Numbered from the whole stretch's first letter, positions 1-12,897 are shown. The stretch is 63,448 nucleotides of DNA, filler included, from Collodictyon triciliatum (GCA_043381765.1; 9 parts of 9 records of this genome joined end to end with filler, not necessarily neighbours in it), one strand, 5' to 3'. Program-made: numbers and translations. The notes: generated by a model from the letters alone, not told the origin.

Positions 1-3000
1 ATTACAAAAGACTCCAAATCATGCTATGCTTGTCCAAAAGGCACGTTCAACTCAATATCCGGCTCATATGGAAACATACCATGCATTGAATGTCCACAAG
101 GCACCTGGAATGATAGAGATGGTCAAGCATCATGCACATCATGCCCAGCTGGCACATTCAACAGCAAAACTGGCTCATACAATCAATCATCATGCATTTC
201 ATGTCTAAACGGAAGCTACAGCTCAGAAAGAAGTGTATCATGCAGTTCATGCTCATCTGGATTCTACCAAAAAGAAAGTGTCACAAAAGATTCGAAATCA
301 TGTCATGCATGTCCAAAAGGCACGTTCAACTCAAACTCCGGCTCATATGGAAACAAGTCGTGTATTGAATGTCCACAAGGTACTTGGAATGATAAGGATG
401 GTCAAGCATCATGCACATCCTGTCCAGCTGGTACATTCAACAATAAAACTGGCTCATTTAACCAAGCATCATGTATTCCATGCCTAAATGGAAGCTACAG
501 CTCAGAAAGAAGCTCGTCATGCAGCCTATGCTTATCAGGATTCTATCAAAAAGAAGGAATTACAAAAGACTCCAAATCATGCTATGCTTGTCCAAAAGGC
601 ACGTTCAACTCAATATCCGGCTCATATGGAAACATACCATGCATTGAATGTCCACAAGGCACTTGGAATGATAAAGAGGGTCAAGCATCATGCACATCAT
701 GTCCAGCCGGTACATTCAATAATAAAACTGGCTCATTTAATCAATCATCTTGCATTTCATGTCCAGATGGAAGCTACAGCTCAGAAAGAAGCTCATCATG
801 CAGCTTATGCTTATCAGGATTCTATCAAAAAGAAGAAATGATGAAAGATTCGAAATCATGCTATGCTTGCCCAAGAGGCACGTTCAACTCAAACTCCGGC
901 TCATATGGAAACAAGTCGTGTACCCAATGTCCACAAGGTACTTGGAATGATAGAGATGGTCAAGCATCATGCACATCGTGTCTAGCAGGTACATTCAACA
1001 ACAAAACTGGTTCATTCAATCAATCATCGTGCATTCTATGTCCAAATGGAAGCTACAGCTCAGAGAGAAGCGCATCATGCAGCTTATGCTCACCTGGATT
1101 CTATCAAAAAGAAGGTGTGACAAAATACTCAAGCTCATGCTACGCTTGCCCAAAAGGCACATTCAACTCAAACTCTGGTTCACATGGCAATAAATCATGC
1201 ATAGAATGTCCACAAGGTACTTGGAATAATAATGATGGCCAAGCATCATGCACATCGTGTCCAGCTGGGACATTCAACAATAAAACGGGTTCGTTCAATC
1301 AATCATCATGTATCTCATGTCCGAATGGAAGCTACAGCTCAGAAAGAAGCTCATCATGCAGTCTATGTTCATCAGGATACTATCAAAAAGAAGAAATGAT
1401 GAAAGACTCGAAATCATGCTATGCTTGTCCAAAAGGCACATTCAAATCAAACTCCGGTTTATATGGAAACTCATCATGTGTTGAATGTCCACAGGGTACT
1501 TGGAATGATAGAGAGGGTCAAGCGTCATGCACATCATGTCCAGCTGGTACATATAACGATAAAATTGGCTCATTCAATCAATCATCATGCATTGAATGTC
1601 CAAATGGAAGCTACAGCTCAGAAAGAAGCGTATCATGCAGCTTATGCTTATCAGGATTCTATCAGAAAGAAGGAATCACAAAAGACTCAAGCTCATGCTA
1701 CGCTTGTCCAAAAGGCACATTCAACTCAAACTCCGGCTCATATGGCAACAAAACATGTATTGAATGTCCACAAGGTACTTGGAATGGCAGAGATGGTCAG
1801 GCATCATGTACATCCTGTCCAGCTGGTACATTGAACAATAAAACTGGCTCATTCAACAAATCATCATGCATTGAATGTCCAAATGGAAGCTACAGCTCAG
1901 AAAGAAGTGCATCATGCAGTCTATGCTCATCAGGATTCTATCAAAAAGAAGGAATTAAAAAAGACTCGAACTCATGCTATGCTTGTCCAAAAGGCACATT
2001 CAACACGAAATCTGGCTTATATGGTAACAAATCATGTACTGAATGTCCAAAAGGTACTTGGAATGATAAAAATGGTCAAGCATCATGCACATCGTGTCCA
2101 GCTGGCTCATTCAACGACAAAACTGGCTCATACAATCAATCATCATGTATCCCATGTCCGAATGGAAGCTACAGCTCAGAAAGAACCACATCATGCAGCT
2201 TGTGCTCATCAGGATTCTATCAAAAAGAAGGAATCACAAAAGACTCAAGCTCATGCTACGCTTGTCCAAAAGGTACATTCAACTCAAACTCTGGCTCATA
2301 TGGAAACAAATCATGTATTGAGTGTCCACAAGGCACTTGGAATGATAGAGATGGTCAAGCATCATGCACATCGTGTCCAGCTGGTACATTCAACAATAAG
2401 GCTGGCTCATTCAATCAATCGTCATGTATTACATGTCCAGATGGAAGCTACAGCTCAGAGAGAAGCGCATCATGCAGCTTATGTTTATCAGGATTCTATC
2501 AAAAAGAAGGAATCATAAAAGACTCACAATCATGTCAAGCTTGTCCAAAAGGCACATTCAACTCAAACTCTGGCTCATATGGAAACAAATCATGCATCGA
2601 ATGTCCACAAGGCACTTGGAATGATAGAGATGGTCAAGCATCATGCATATCGTGTCCAGCTGGCACACATAATAACAAAACTGGTTCATTCAATCAATCA
2701 TCATGTATCTATTGTGCAAACGGAAGCTACAGCTTAAGTGGAAGTACATCATGCATTTTGTGCTCATCAGGATTCTATCAAAAAGAAGGAATCATAAAAG
2801 ACTCTCAATCATGCTACGCTTGTCCAAAAGGCACATTCAACTCAAACTCTGGCTCATATGGAAACAAATCATGCATCGAATGTCCACAAGGCACTTGGAA
2901 TGATAAGGATGGTCAGGCATCATGCGCATCATGTCCAGCTGGTACATTCAACAATAAGGCTGGCTCATTCAATCAATCGTCATGTATTACATGTCCAGAT

Positions 3001-4160
3001 GGAAGCTACAGCTCAGAGAGAAGTGCTTCATGCAGTCTATGCTCATCAGGATTCTATCAAAAAGAAGGAATCACAAAAGACTCTCAATCATGCTACGCTT
3101 GTCCAAAAGGCACATTCAACTCAAACTCCGGCTCATATGGAAACATATCATGCATCGAATGTCCGCAAGGTACTTGGAGCGATATAGATGGTCAGGCATC
3201 ATGCGCATCCTGTCCAGCTGGTACATTCAACAAAAAAACTGGCTCGTTTAATCAATCATCATGTATCCCATGTCCAAACGGAAGCTACAGCTCAGAGAGA
3301 AGTGCTTCATGCAGTCTATGCTTATCAGGACTCTATCAAAAAGAAGGAATTACAAAAGACTCCAAATCATGCTATGCTTGTCCAAAAGGCACATTCAACT
3401 CAATATCCGGAACATATGGTGAATCATCATGCATCGAATGTCCACAAGGTACATGGAATGGCAGGGAGGGTCAAGCATCGTGCACATCATGTCCCGCTGG
3501 TACATTCAACAACAAAACTGGCTCACTCAATCAATCATCATGCATTTCGTGTCTGAATGGCACTTACAGCTCAGAAAGAAGCGCATCATGCAGCTTATGT
3601 TTATCAGGATTCTATCAAAAAGATGAAATTACAAAAGACTCAAAATCATGTTATGCTTGTCCAAAAGGCACATTCAACTCAAACTCCGGCTCATATGGAA
3701 ACTCATCATGCATTGAATGTCCACAAGGTACTTGGAATGATAAGGATGGTCAAGCATCATGCACATCTTGTACAGCTGGTACATTCAACAACAGAACTGG
3801 CACATACAATCAATTATCATGCATTCTATGTCCAAATGGAAGCTACAGCTCAGAAAGAAGCTCATCATGCAACTCATGCTCTTCAGGACTCTATCAAAAA
3901 GAAGGAATCACAAAAGACTCCAAATCATGCTATGCTTGTCCAAAAGGCACATTCAACTCAAACTTCGGCTCTTATGGAAACGCATCATGCATCGAATGTC
4001 CACAGGGTGCTTGGAGTGATAGAGATGGTCAAGCATCATGCACATCGTGTCCAGCTGGTACATTCAACAACAGAACTGGCACATACAATCAATCATCTTG
4101 CATTTTATGTCCTAATGGAAGCTACAGCTCAGAAAGAGGCGCATCATGCAGCTTATGTCC
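1..4160 (+). repeat. Coding tandem repeat, 279-bp (93-aa) unit, about 15 copies
   Basis: attacaaaagactccaaatcatgctatgc occurs at 1 and 559 (2 x 279). The unit YACPKGTFNS..CIECPQGTW..CTSCPAGTF..CPNGSYS..CSSGFYQKEG recurs throughout. Confidence 0.95.
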
Positions 4161-5977
4161 GACACGCTCAACCACAATTAAAGAAGGCTCCAAATCGATC
4201 GATGATTGCAAATGCTTAGATTCGTATGTGTCACATGATGGCATTTGCACATGTCCTTCAGGAAAATTTGAGGATGGCAATAAATGTGTTCCATGCAGAC
4301 TTGGCTCATACAAATCAACAAACGGCACGAATTTCTGCCTTTCATGTGGTGATAAATTTACGACAAAAAACAATGGCTCTATGAGTTCAACCGATTGCGA
4401 ATGTAAATCTGGTTTTGAGCTGAGAAACTCCACCTGCGAATGCAAACCTGGATGGTATGAAAAGCAAGGAAACTGTTACGAATGTCCTTCAGATACATAC
4501 AGCGATGATTATGGATTAAAATTTTGTAAACCCTGTCCTGAGGGATTTGAATGTGAAGGAACCAGTCAACCAACAGTTGCCCCTGGATATTGGCAGACTC
4601 AAACTAAAAATGGAGAATATGTCGCTTACAAATGTTTGAATGAAAACGCATGTAACGGAGGAAACAAGACATGCACCGATGGCTATACTGGGCCATTATG
4701 CAGTATATGTGAAAGTGGATACGGAAAAACAGGTTATTATTGCACTAAATGCCCAATGAAAGGAGTGAACATATTCTTGATTTTCCTGAGCTTTTTTATT
4801 CCACTTGCATTTGTTTTCTTCATGATAGAACAATCAAGACAGACAAGAACAGGAAATATTCAAATACTGAAATCTCTCTCCACCCATTTCCAAGTTTTGT
4901 CATACTTGGCGAACTTTGATGTAAAATGGAGCTCAATCATAATTTCAGCTATGAAAATCCCAGCCCTGTTCTCATTTTCTCTTTCCATAGACAGCTACCC
5001 AATCGAATGCCAAATAGAACTGTCAGTATATGAAAAATTATTGCTGACGATGTTAAGTCCAATAATTTTGACAATTATCATGTTAGTTTTCGTTTTGATG
5101 AAAGAATTAAGGAGACTCTACAAAAATGAGATTTCAAGAAGCTATTTTACAATAGTTCATTTTCGAGAAGAAATCATGTACTCGATGTTGGTCATGCTGT
5201 TTTTTGTCCATCCCTCAATCACATCAAGCATCGCACAAATATTTCCATGTGAAAAACTCGGGGATATAAGATATTTGAAAGCTAATATGTCGATTTTATG
5301 TGGTGATGAAACTTACCAATTCTGGAGAAACATTTCTTTTGTTTTCCTTTTTGCCTATTGTATCGGCGGACCTCTCTTTTTTTTTGGTCAGAATCATTCG
5401 CAAAAGAACAGCGTTGAGCAATCCTACTTCGAAGACATACGCGCTATTCCGATTTTTGGTCGATGGATATACTGAAAAGTGCCAATACTGGGAGGTCGTC
5501 CTGATGATGCAAAAGCTGGTCATTGTAATGATAAGCACGTTCTTTCCTTCTTCGCTACAAATATACTTTGGTTTGTGGCTGCTGTTTCTGATGATTGCTT
5601 CGACCATTTATTTCAGGCCATTTATATCCAATGTGCTGAAAAAGTCACAGTTGCAATCCCTCATGATTCTCTATTTCACTTTGATGCTGAGTCTACTTTT
5701 CAAATACAGCAGTATTAATCAAAATACCGAAGTTGTGTTGGTGCTTTTGGTTGTTATTCTGAATGGCGGAATATGTATTGTTTTCCTTTCAAAGGCTGGC
5801 CCAGTTGTTTTGAGACTGTTGCTCACACAATTTCTGTCCATGCTCAACTTTATTTGGGACTTGATTGTCTGCAATTGGGTCTCAAATTTTTTTGTCAGAA
5901 AAATTATGGGCATGAGAATTCGCAAGGATGTGGAAATGCATGATATCACTAATCCAAAAGTAGTAGAAGAGTTTTGA
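1..5977 (+). CDS. Large Cys-rich tandem-repeat (GCC2/GCC3, ephrin-receptor-like CxxCPxGT) surface protein with C-terminal multi-pass TM region; 5'-partial, one apparent frameshift
   Basis: Frame 1 is open from base 1 to 5475 with repeated C-x2-C-P-x-G-T-F/W/Y units. Hydrophobic helices follow from about 4770. Removing one T from the T9 run at 5377-5385 joins it to ORF 5300..5977 (GPLFF-LVRIIRK...YWEVVLMMQKL...RPF), the typical tail of this protist family. Confidence 0.85.
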
Positions 5978-6068
5978 TAAATTCGTTGCACTGAGTTACT
6001 TGCTCTAATTTTTTTCTTTACAATATTATCTTTGCTCGCTTAAAAAATATTAAAATTTATCAAAATGT

Positions 6069-6111
6069 TGTGGAATTTGTAACTATATATTATGGAGTTA
6101 CAAATTCCACA
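6069..6111. repeat. Perfect 16-bp inverted repeat (hairpin) with 11-nt loop
   Basis: tgtggaatttgtaact (6069-6084) and agttacaaattccaca (6096-6111) are exact reverse complements. Confidence 0.95.
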
Positions 6112-6318
6112 GCGAACCTTGTGAACCTCAAAAGTTCAGGGGTTTATATACTGTCTCGTCCCTTGACCACAAAACATTACACCCTCAATTAACGCTTACC
6201 TTCCATATATATCCATCTTCTGAGTATATAAGCACGAGCAACTTTTGTAAATTGAAACTTGCTGTCGAATCACACCGTCAAGCACAACAGCAACACAGCA
6301 CTAACCATTTTGTATAGA

Positions 6319-6699
6319 ATGTTGTACGAGGCTTATACATTGACAGAGACCGGAGGGCATACTATTACGTATGACAATAGTCGTTATACCAGGCAAGGAC
6401 GTGATGAAGTACCAACTTTGGATATTAGTATTTGGCGCACACCTAAAATCCATATTGAAGATATCTACGCAAACATTACATTAAAAAGAATCAAAGGCGC
6501 ATTCCCAACAATGGACAATAATGAAGTCTGGGAGGAGCTAGCAAAATTGTCGAGACACCAAACTGAATGTGACAAGAACAGTCGAGAGTATCAAAGTCGC
6601 GACAACGCGATTCAGTTCATTGCGTTTGTGATACTGTACCGCAAGTACGGGGCGATGTTCACAGTGTCCTTTGACGACGACGACGACGACGACTCATAA
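6319..6699 (+). CDS. Hypothetical intronless protein with poly-Asp tail (virus-like cluster)
   Basis: ATG at 6319 within ORF 6259..6699, ending DDDDDDDS*. AAATTGAAAC lies upstream at 6249-6258. Confidence 0.6.
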   Translation: MLYEAYTLTETGGHTITYDNSRYTRQGRDEVPTLDISIWRTPKIHIEDIYANITLKRIKGAFPTMDNNEVWEELAKLSRHQTECDKNSREYQSRDNAIQFIAFVILYRKYGAMFTVSFDDDDDDDS

Positions 6700-6767
6700 A
6701 TAAAACCACCCCGCCCACCTAAAATTGAAACGCGTTTGTTTTATAAAATCATTATCACTCATTCAAT

Positions 6768-7346
6768 ATGCCGCGCAAATACACCCGCAAAACCCCCAGC
6801 GAAGATGACGCCAAAAAACCCAAAACCAAGACTGCCTTGCCTACCGACGACAAAGATTACACAAAGGTTCAATATAGTGACCTCAAAAAAGGTGACTACA
6901 TTATGTACGAAGTGAAAGCTCGAACGTACAAAGACAAGGAATACCCAGCCAAGGTCAACCAAGGGTTTGTGTCTCTAATTCAGAATGAAGTTGGAGATGC
7001 TCTCTGGAAAGACCAAGAGGGCAAGGTCCTCGGCATGACAAACTATGGCAAGTCATGGACTAACAACACGAAGGACATCGGCGACATTTATCGACAGTCC
7101 GATGAAGCTAACCAGGCTAAGCGAGATAAAGGATTGAAAAAACATATAGAGAATGCCCCGGCCCGTGCAGAGAAACGCAAGGTTGTAGCCAAGGTTGAAA
7201 AAATGCTTCAAGAAGAGGACAAGGACGAAGCGCAGAAGAGAGAGAAGAAGCCAGACGAGCTTGTAGCCCTGGCCAAGGAGATCAGTGCTGAGATAAAGAA
7301 ATCTAAGAGGCCTGCGAAGAAACCACGGTCATCTTCCGACGCTTGA
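6768..7346 (+). CDS. Hypothetical Lys-rich 192-aa intronless protein (virus-like cluster)
   Basis: Clean ATG-to-stop ORF with a globular core (DYTKVQYSDLKKGDYIMY...GKSW...IY) and charged ends. AAAATTGA at 6721-6728. Confidence 0.7.
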   Translation: MPRKYTRKTPSEDDAKKPKTKTALPTDDKDYTKVQYSDLKKGDYIMYEVKARTYKDKEYPAKVNQGFVSLIQNEVGDALWKDQEGKVLGMTNYGKSWTNNTKDIGDIYRQSDEANQAKRDKGLKKHIENAPARAEKRKVVAKVEKMLQEEDKDEAQKREKKPDELVALAKEISAEIKKSKRPAKKPRSSSDA

Positions 7347-7665
7347 TCGCTTTGATCGGCTCCACAATTATTGCTTTGCTTACAGCTACTTCTTCCGATG
7401 GCTGAACTCGCAATAAAGAGCCTATAATCCTTTTTAGCTTATTAAAGTTTTTAGTTTGTAGCGTTGTCATTTTAGGATTGTCTCCGTGTTTAGTAACAAA
7501 CGCTTCATATGCTTCCTTGACTTTCGGTTCTAGCCTATCAAGCTCAGCTTGTCGCCCTGGCTTGCTCGGAGCATTCTTGCCAGTGCGGTTTGTGAAATTC
7601 TTTGTGTCTGGTGTCCACACGTTCTTATCAAAGTCAGCTCGAGCGCTCTGTACGTTCGAAGCCAG
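7303..7665 (-). CDS. Hypothetical protein, 5'-partial, convergent with and overlapping the previous ORF
   Basis: Frame is open from the contig edge to the stop at 7303 and overlaps ORF 6768..7346 by 44 nt. Confidence 0.5.
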   Translation of the reverse strand: MASNVQSARADFDKNVWTPDTKNFTNRTGKNAPSKPGRQAELDRLEPKVKEAYEAFVTKHGDNPKMTTLQTKNFNKLKRIIGSLLRVQPSEEVAVSKAIIVEPIKAIKRRKMTVVSSQAS

Positions 7666-7765
7666 NNNNNNNNNNNNNNNNNNNNNNNNNNNNNNNNNNN
7701 NNNNNNNNNTTAATTAATTAANNNNNNNNNNNNNNNNNNNNNNNNNNNNNNNNNNNNNNNNNNNN
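7666..7765. other. Artificial contig linker N44-TTAATTAATTAA-N44; also at 15431-15530, 23194-23293, 31004-31103, 38759-38858, 46510-46609, 54254-54353, 61998-62097
   Basis: Identical 100-nt spacer carrying stops in all six frames, recurring about every 7.75 kb. Confidence 0.98.
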
Positions 7766-9839
7766 TTAATGTAGGTGATATTTGAGGGCATATATAGCAA
7801 ATATAATAGAATGAAATATTGAAGAACTATCATCGTGATGTATACAAATCCATGAAGGATATACTATATATATATATCAACATCAAAGATGACTGAACTT
7901 TGGCAGATATAATCTGACCATGTCTGTTGGGCGCGTCGTTTTACATATGAGAAGAACCCACCTTATCTCACTCGAAACGTTGTCACAGCCACTTTTCTTC
8001 CAGGAATCAGTCAACGGTTTGTCTTTATATAAAAATATGAATCCATATTTACTTAGAGTCTGGACAGTTTTATATGGGTGTGCGCTTGTTTTCTCAATAA
8101 TTAATTCCCGTTAAAGAGTTTTTGCTTCTTCCATGTATTTGATTCAAATATATACGAGAAAAAAAAAGGGAGAAATATAGAAAGCAAAAAGGTTTATGTC
8201 TGAAGCGGAGCTATGTTGCAGTTATGCTGCCCGCGCAGACAGTGATTTTTGCTTCATGTTGTATTATTGTAAACGTTATGAATATGTTTCTCCCTGAAAG
8301 AATATTAAAAAAAAAAAAGTATAACCATAACCTTCAAGATAGTATGAAAAGTCTTATATTCTCTCTCGCGCTATTTGCATCTATCTTTCCATTTCGACGA
8401 TGGGGAAAAGATCCGTTTCGCAACAGAGCGAACGCAATAAGGGAAAAGGAGGGAAAAGAATATTTTCCTTTTTTTTTAGGAGGGAAAATAATATAAAGAG
8501 GGCGAAACTAGTATGAGCCCTATATATTTCACTTCAGAAAAATGATGAATAAATATGCAGTAAATGATAATAAATAAATTAAAAAAATATGAAAAAGAAA
8601 CGCGAATGATATATAAACAAGAAGCCAAGCTGTATCGACATCAACAACAAACCAGAGTGGGGCAAAATGGCAATGCGTCACACAGCGCCAACTGCACAAC
8701 GCTCGACACGAACAAAACCCACCAACAAAATCCAGACCGCAACCACCTCCTTTCAAAGACAGTCCCACTCTCAAACAATGCGCTGTCCAGCGTTCTGGCG
8801 ATTGAAGGCACCATTACGAAAGCAAGAGTGGAAGAGGAGACCAATTCTGGAAGGTAACGACGGCTGTACATAACTGGAATTCACAAATTTAAGGTACGCG
8901 GAGGATCGGCTTGACTTTTCCTAATGTGGAAACGATACAGGCCAGCTGTTGTGAGACAGAGTTCACTTTTTCCTTCAGTTAGTTCAAAGCGCAGCAAGCA
9001 TTCGGACTTATTACTGGTGGCGTTAAGCTCAGGTAGTTTGCCTGACACAGGCGGACGCTATCATGTAAAGCAAAGGCCGCAGTTATTTGCTTGTGCGCAA
9101 CAGACAACTTGCTTAGAGTTCAACTTCACGTTGTCATAGATTGGTGGCTGAGTTGAGGTCATTAGTATATTTTGTTTATTGAGCACGTTTGCAGCTTGGT
9201 CGTAGCGAGCAGCTCCGCGGCCGGGACGTGTTTGGGAAGAGGGCGGCATATCTGAGGAGGTCACAGTCAGTGAGTCAACAGGAGATATATTAGGAGAGTA
9301 GTGGCTTGTGGTGTAGTTGGATCTTGTACGAGTCTGAATCAGAAAACAGTATCCACATCGGCCGGGGGGAGTTGCCTTGTGTTAGGCAGGGGTGGCGCCC
9401 CTGTGCTCCTTCCCGGCTCGGTCGCAAATTATGACATCATGGTAGGTGACTCGCAAGGGTGTGATTTTGAAGGTGATTCGGCTGATGTGTGGCGGGTGTG
9501 TTTTCTACCTTCTGCGGCGTGGCAAGTCTGTGTGTGTGCAGTCGTGTCCAGGTTCTTCAGCTTGGTGTTGGTCAGATTTTCTTCCTGTTCTGTTTGTGAA
9601 TTTCATGAGCAGTAACCGCTAGGGCACAATGCTCAGTATATATAGTGGAGTTTTTTGTTGTCGTGGATGCAGATGGTTGGCTAGACCACAAACTCTCTAC
9701 ATTATGGTCTCTTTATGTCATATAGACTTAATAGTTTAATATTTTTGGAATTTATATATAATTACATTATAAACATATATAGTTCATAAATTATCTTAAT
9801 AACTATAATATAGACACTAAATATATATATAATCCGTAA

Positions 9840-10220
9840 CGGCTGAAATCAGACATGGGTTACGTGGCCATCACTCTTCTATTACCAGCATCAAAACAAG
9901 CAGTTGGATTGTAACGATCACTAGTTACAGTCGAGAGGCGGAGTGCATGCCATAATTCCCGTTGAATACCATTCCTCGCACTACTTGCGGCTGCCCGCTG
10001 ATTCAACAGAGTCCCAATATTCTTTTTTTCTTAGTTCTTGGGAGATATGGGACAACCGTGTGCGGATGTTGTGTGTCCCGCAGGCCAAACACAGAAGATT
10101 GCCTTCAATTCATCGGTTTTGCCATTCATTAGGTATTTCTTTCCGGTGGTTGGGAGTTTGCCTTTTACTAAGGATCGGCAATTTTGTCTGTGGACAGAGA
10201 AGGAAGCAGGAATATTGAGA
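9840..10220 (+). mobile_element. Probable decayed 3' fragment of an L1/Tx1-like non-LTR retrotransposon
   Basis: Translation contains SWEIWDNR, resembling the W-x-I-W-x-x-R-N motif after the zf-RVT domain of L1/Tx1 ORF2. Nothing else supports the call. Confidence 0.3.
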
Positions 10221-10494
10221 ACGATAGCAGTTACTAATTAAAAATATATATAAATTAATTCAAGAAAACAAGTTTATTTATGATAGCCTGAGAGTTGTTT
10301 CTAGCATTTTTATTTTTTTTGGGGGCGGTAGCAAGCCATACCATATTGCCAAACCGACATTGTTTTTTATTTTTTTATTTGGCCGGTAGGAAGTGAGCCA
10401 CTCATTTTTCTATTCTTTTTATCTTTCACACTATGAGTTTCTGAAAGGGATTCGTTCTGTTTAAATAGCTTTCGCCACCGGTTAAAAATCAAAG

Positions 10495-12897
10495 ATGTTT
10501 GGCCTGATGCGAAACTTTTACCACTGGGTCAAGAAAAAGAATGAAAAGAATATTACACTCTGTATTATCGGCCTGGATAACGCTGGGAAAACTACAACCT
10601 TACATAGAATAAAAGGAGGTCTGTTTACTAACTTTGCATTGAAGAAAAATAAGCGGAGGAAGCATGTGAAAATGATATACTCTTATTATCTCACAAACAG
10701 TTCTTTACATAGAATAAAATAGATTCCTGAATATCCTTTTTTTTTCTCACGTAACTTGGCACCTTATATTTCCTTGCAGTTGCAGCCATTCAACAGTCCC
10801 ACAAGAATATACATATACTCGTCCAACTACAAGCATTATATTTATTATGCATTTTGCTGCGTCCTTTAAATAGTTTCAACCTTCATATACAGATATCCCA
10901 GATACTGTAACCCCGACTTGGGGATTTTCAAGTGAGGAATTCCAGCAGGGTCGGTATAAACTCACGGTCTTCGATCTTGGAGGTGGCAAGAACATCAGAG
11001 GAATCTGGCAGAATTACTATGCCGAGGTTTTATCTTTGACGTTCTCTAGAAGCAATAAGAATGATATTCGTGAATCTATGTAGCCAAACAGTACTATGAT
11101 ATGGTTATATGAATTTCGATATATAGAGGGGTATTAAGGAAAGATAATTCATTATATCAGTATTACATCGTTTGAGTAGTTTCATTTCTACTACTTCTCC
11201 CTGTTGTCTCCATCTCTTTCTCGATTTCATTGCACTTTTCTGTATGCATCGAATATTCATTGTTATATACATTAGGTACATGGGTTTATATTTGTCGTAG
11301 ATTCGGCTGCATTCGATAGGATGGAAGATGCACACGAGGCTTTGAGTAAAGCCATTACAGACCCTCGAGTTTCTGGCAAACCGCTACTTGTGTATTATTT
11401 TTATTTAAATATTTTTTTTTATTAATATCTTCTGCCATCACAAAATAGAAACGAAAACAAGTATTAAGTTTGGTAGAGTTATCTTACTGTGATGAATTCA
11501 TGTACACCTATTTGAGATATGCTTTCTCTCGCTTTTGCCTCTACTCTCCATTCTGATTTATCTATCATCAGATTGGCAAACAAACAGGATTTGCCTGAAG
11601 CGTTGAGACCTGAGGAGATAGCAATCAGATTAAAACTGGATGAGATTAAGCTAAGTTCGTATAAAATAGTTGGTTGCTCAGCACTGAAGCCGGTAGATAA
11701 TCTTCATCTAGGAGTTCAGCAAGGTACCGTCCATTTCTCTTTCAGCGTTATTCTAAAAATAAGAAATCACCCAGATGCACACAAAACCTCCCACTCACTA
11801 TACTAACATGCTACATAGTCATTTTTTTAACCAAGTGTAAATAATTGGTATAATTTGGTTGCCTCAATTGATTCGCAGGCCTTCAATGGGTCACGTCCAT
11901 GATATCATCAAAGTATACACAACTCGCAGAGCGTGTAATCCGCGAAACAGAGGAGCACAAAGAAAAAGAAGAGCGGGAGCAGGAAGAAAAGAGGAAGCGG
12001 GTGGAAGCGATTCGAGAGGAAAGAAGGAGGAAGCGAGAAGAGGAGGAGGCGGCTGCAGCAAAGGAAGTAGCAAAGGAAGCAAATGCAACTACATCAGATA
12101 CACACGCAGGAGTCTCCAAACCTGATCTTAACGAGGAGGCGAAAATATTACATACTCATGCTTCAGGACCGAATACTGCACCGAAGGTTTTCTCGTTTAT
12201 TCAAGAATTTACAGTTTCAATCAATCATATATACTTCATGGTTTGTAATACGGTTGTAACCTACTTGAAGGATTTCATCTGTTTGCTTTTTTTTTTGTCC
12301 AGTTTGTCTTTGCTTTTGCTTTTTCTTTTCTTCACTTGATATTAGGCAAAGCAATATTAGAATGAAAATATCTGGTTTTATAGGCTGACCACGTGTCCAT
12401 CAATGTTGATAGCCTTGAAAAACAAGGTATATTAATTGCATGAATACATTTGTTTGAAACCACGTAACTTATGAAATCATTTCATCGTTGAAAAATAACC
12501 GTGATTTGCTATGTTTATTTACCTTTGTTTAGCCATCCTCTTACTCATCCATTAAAATATATCGATTTGTGATTCCCATCAATTTACCAATTTTTACTCA
12601 CCATTGCTTCTCATGGGATACTTTCGACCAAGTAGCACAAATGCAGGATGCTGCTCCAGGCCAGAAACCGAAGTAGGCATCTCTCACAGGATTATTTCTT
12701 TGTTTTCTTCTTACTGAACATAAGTGAATTAGACATGTCATTTATAAACTTATAACCTCATCATCCCATCAAACAATCACAGCAGACTGCCGCCAATCAA
12801 ACCCCATCACAGCGATGTTGGGCCGGACTTCAATCTCCCAAATACTGTATCGCCTAATCACCCACCTGCGCTTAGGTCCGAGGCGGCTCTGTCGTAG
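10495..12897 (+). CDS. ARL13B: ADP-ribosylation factor-like 13B, ciliary GTPase (8 exons)
   Basis: GT-AG exons at about 10495-10618, 10893-11026, 11276-11391, 11572-11723, 11879-12186, 12384-12426, 12633-12672, 12783-12897. Motifs GLDNAGKTT, PTWGF, FDLGGGKNIRGIW (Gly replacing the catalytic Gln, diagnostic of ARL13), LANKQD, a coiled coil and a Pro-rich tail. Confidence 0.92.

Noticed and set aside
26-4219. Many His/Met-rich ORFs in alternative frames
   Set aside because: Shadow frames of the 279-bp coding repeat.
8560-9620. GC-richer patches resembling retrotransposon ORF1 debris
   Set aside because: No diagnostic motif could be identified.
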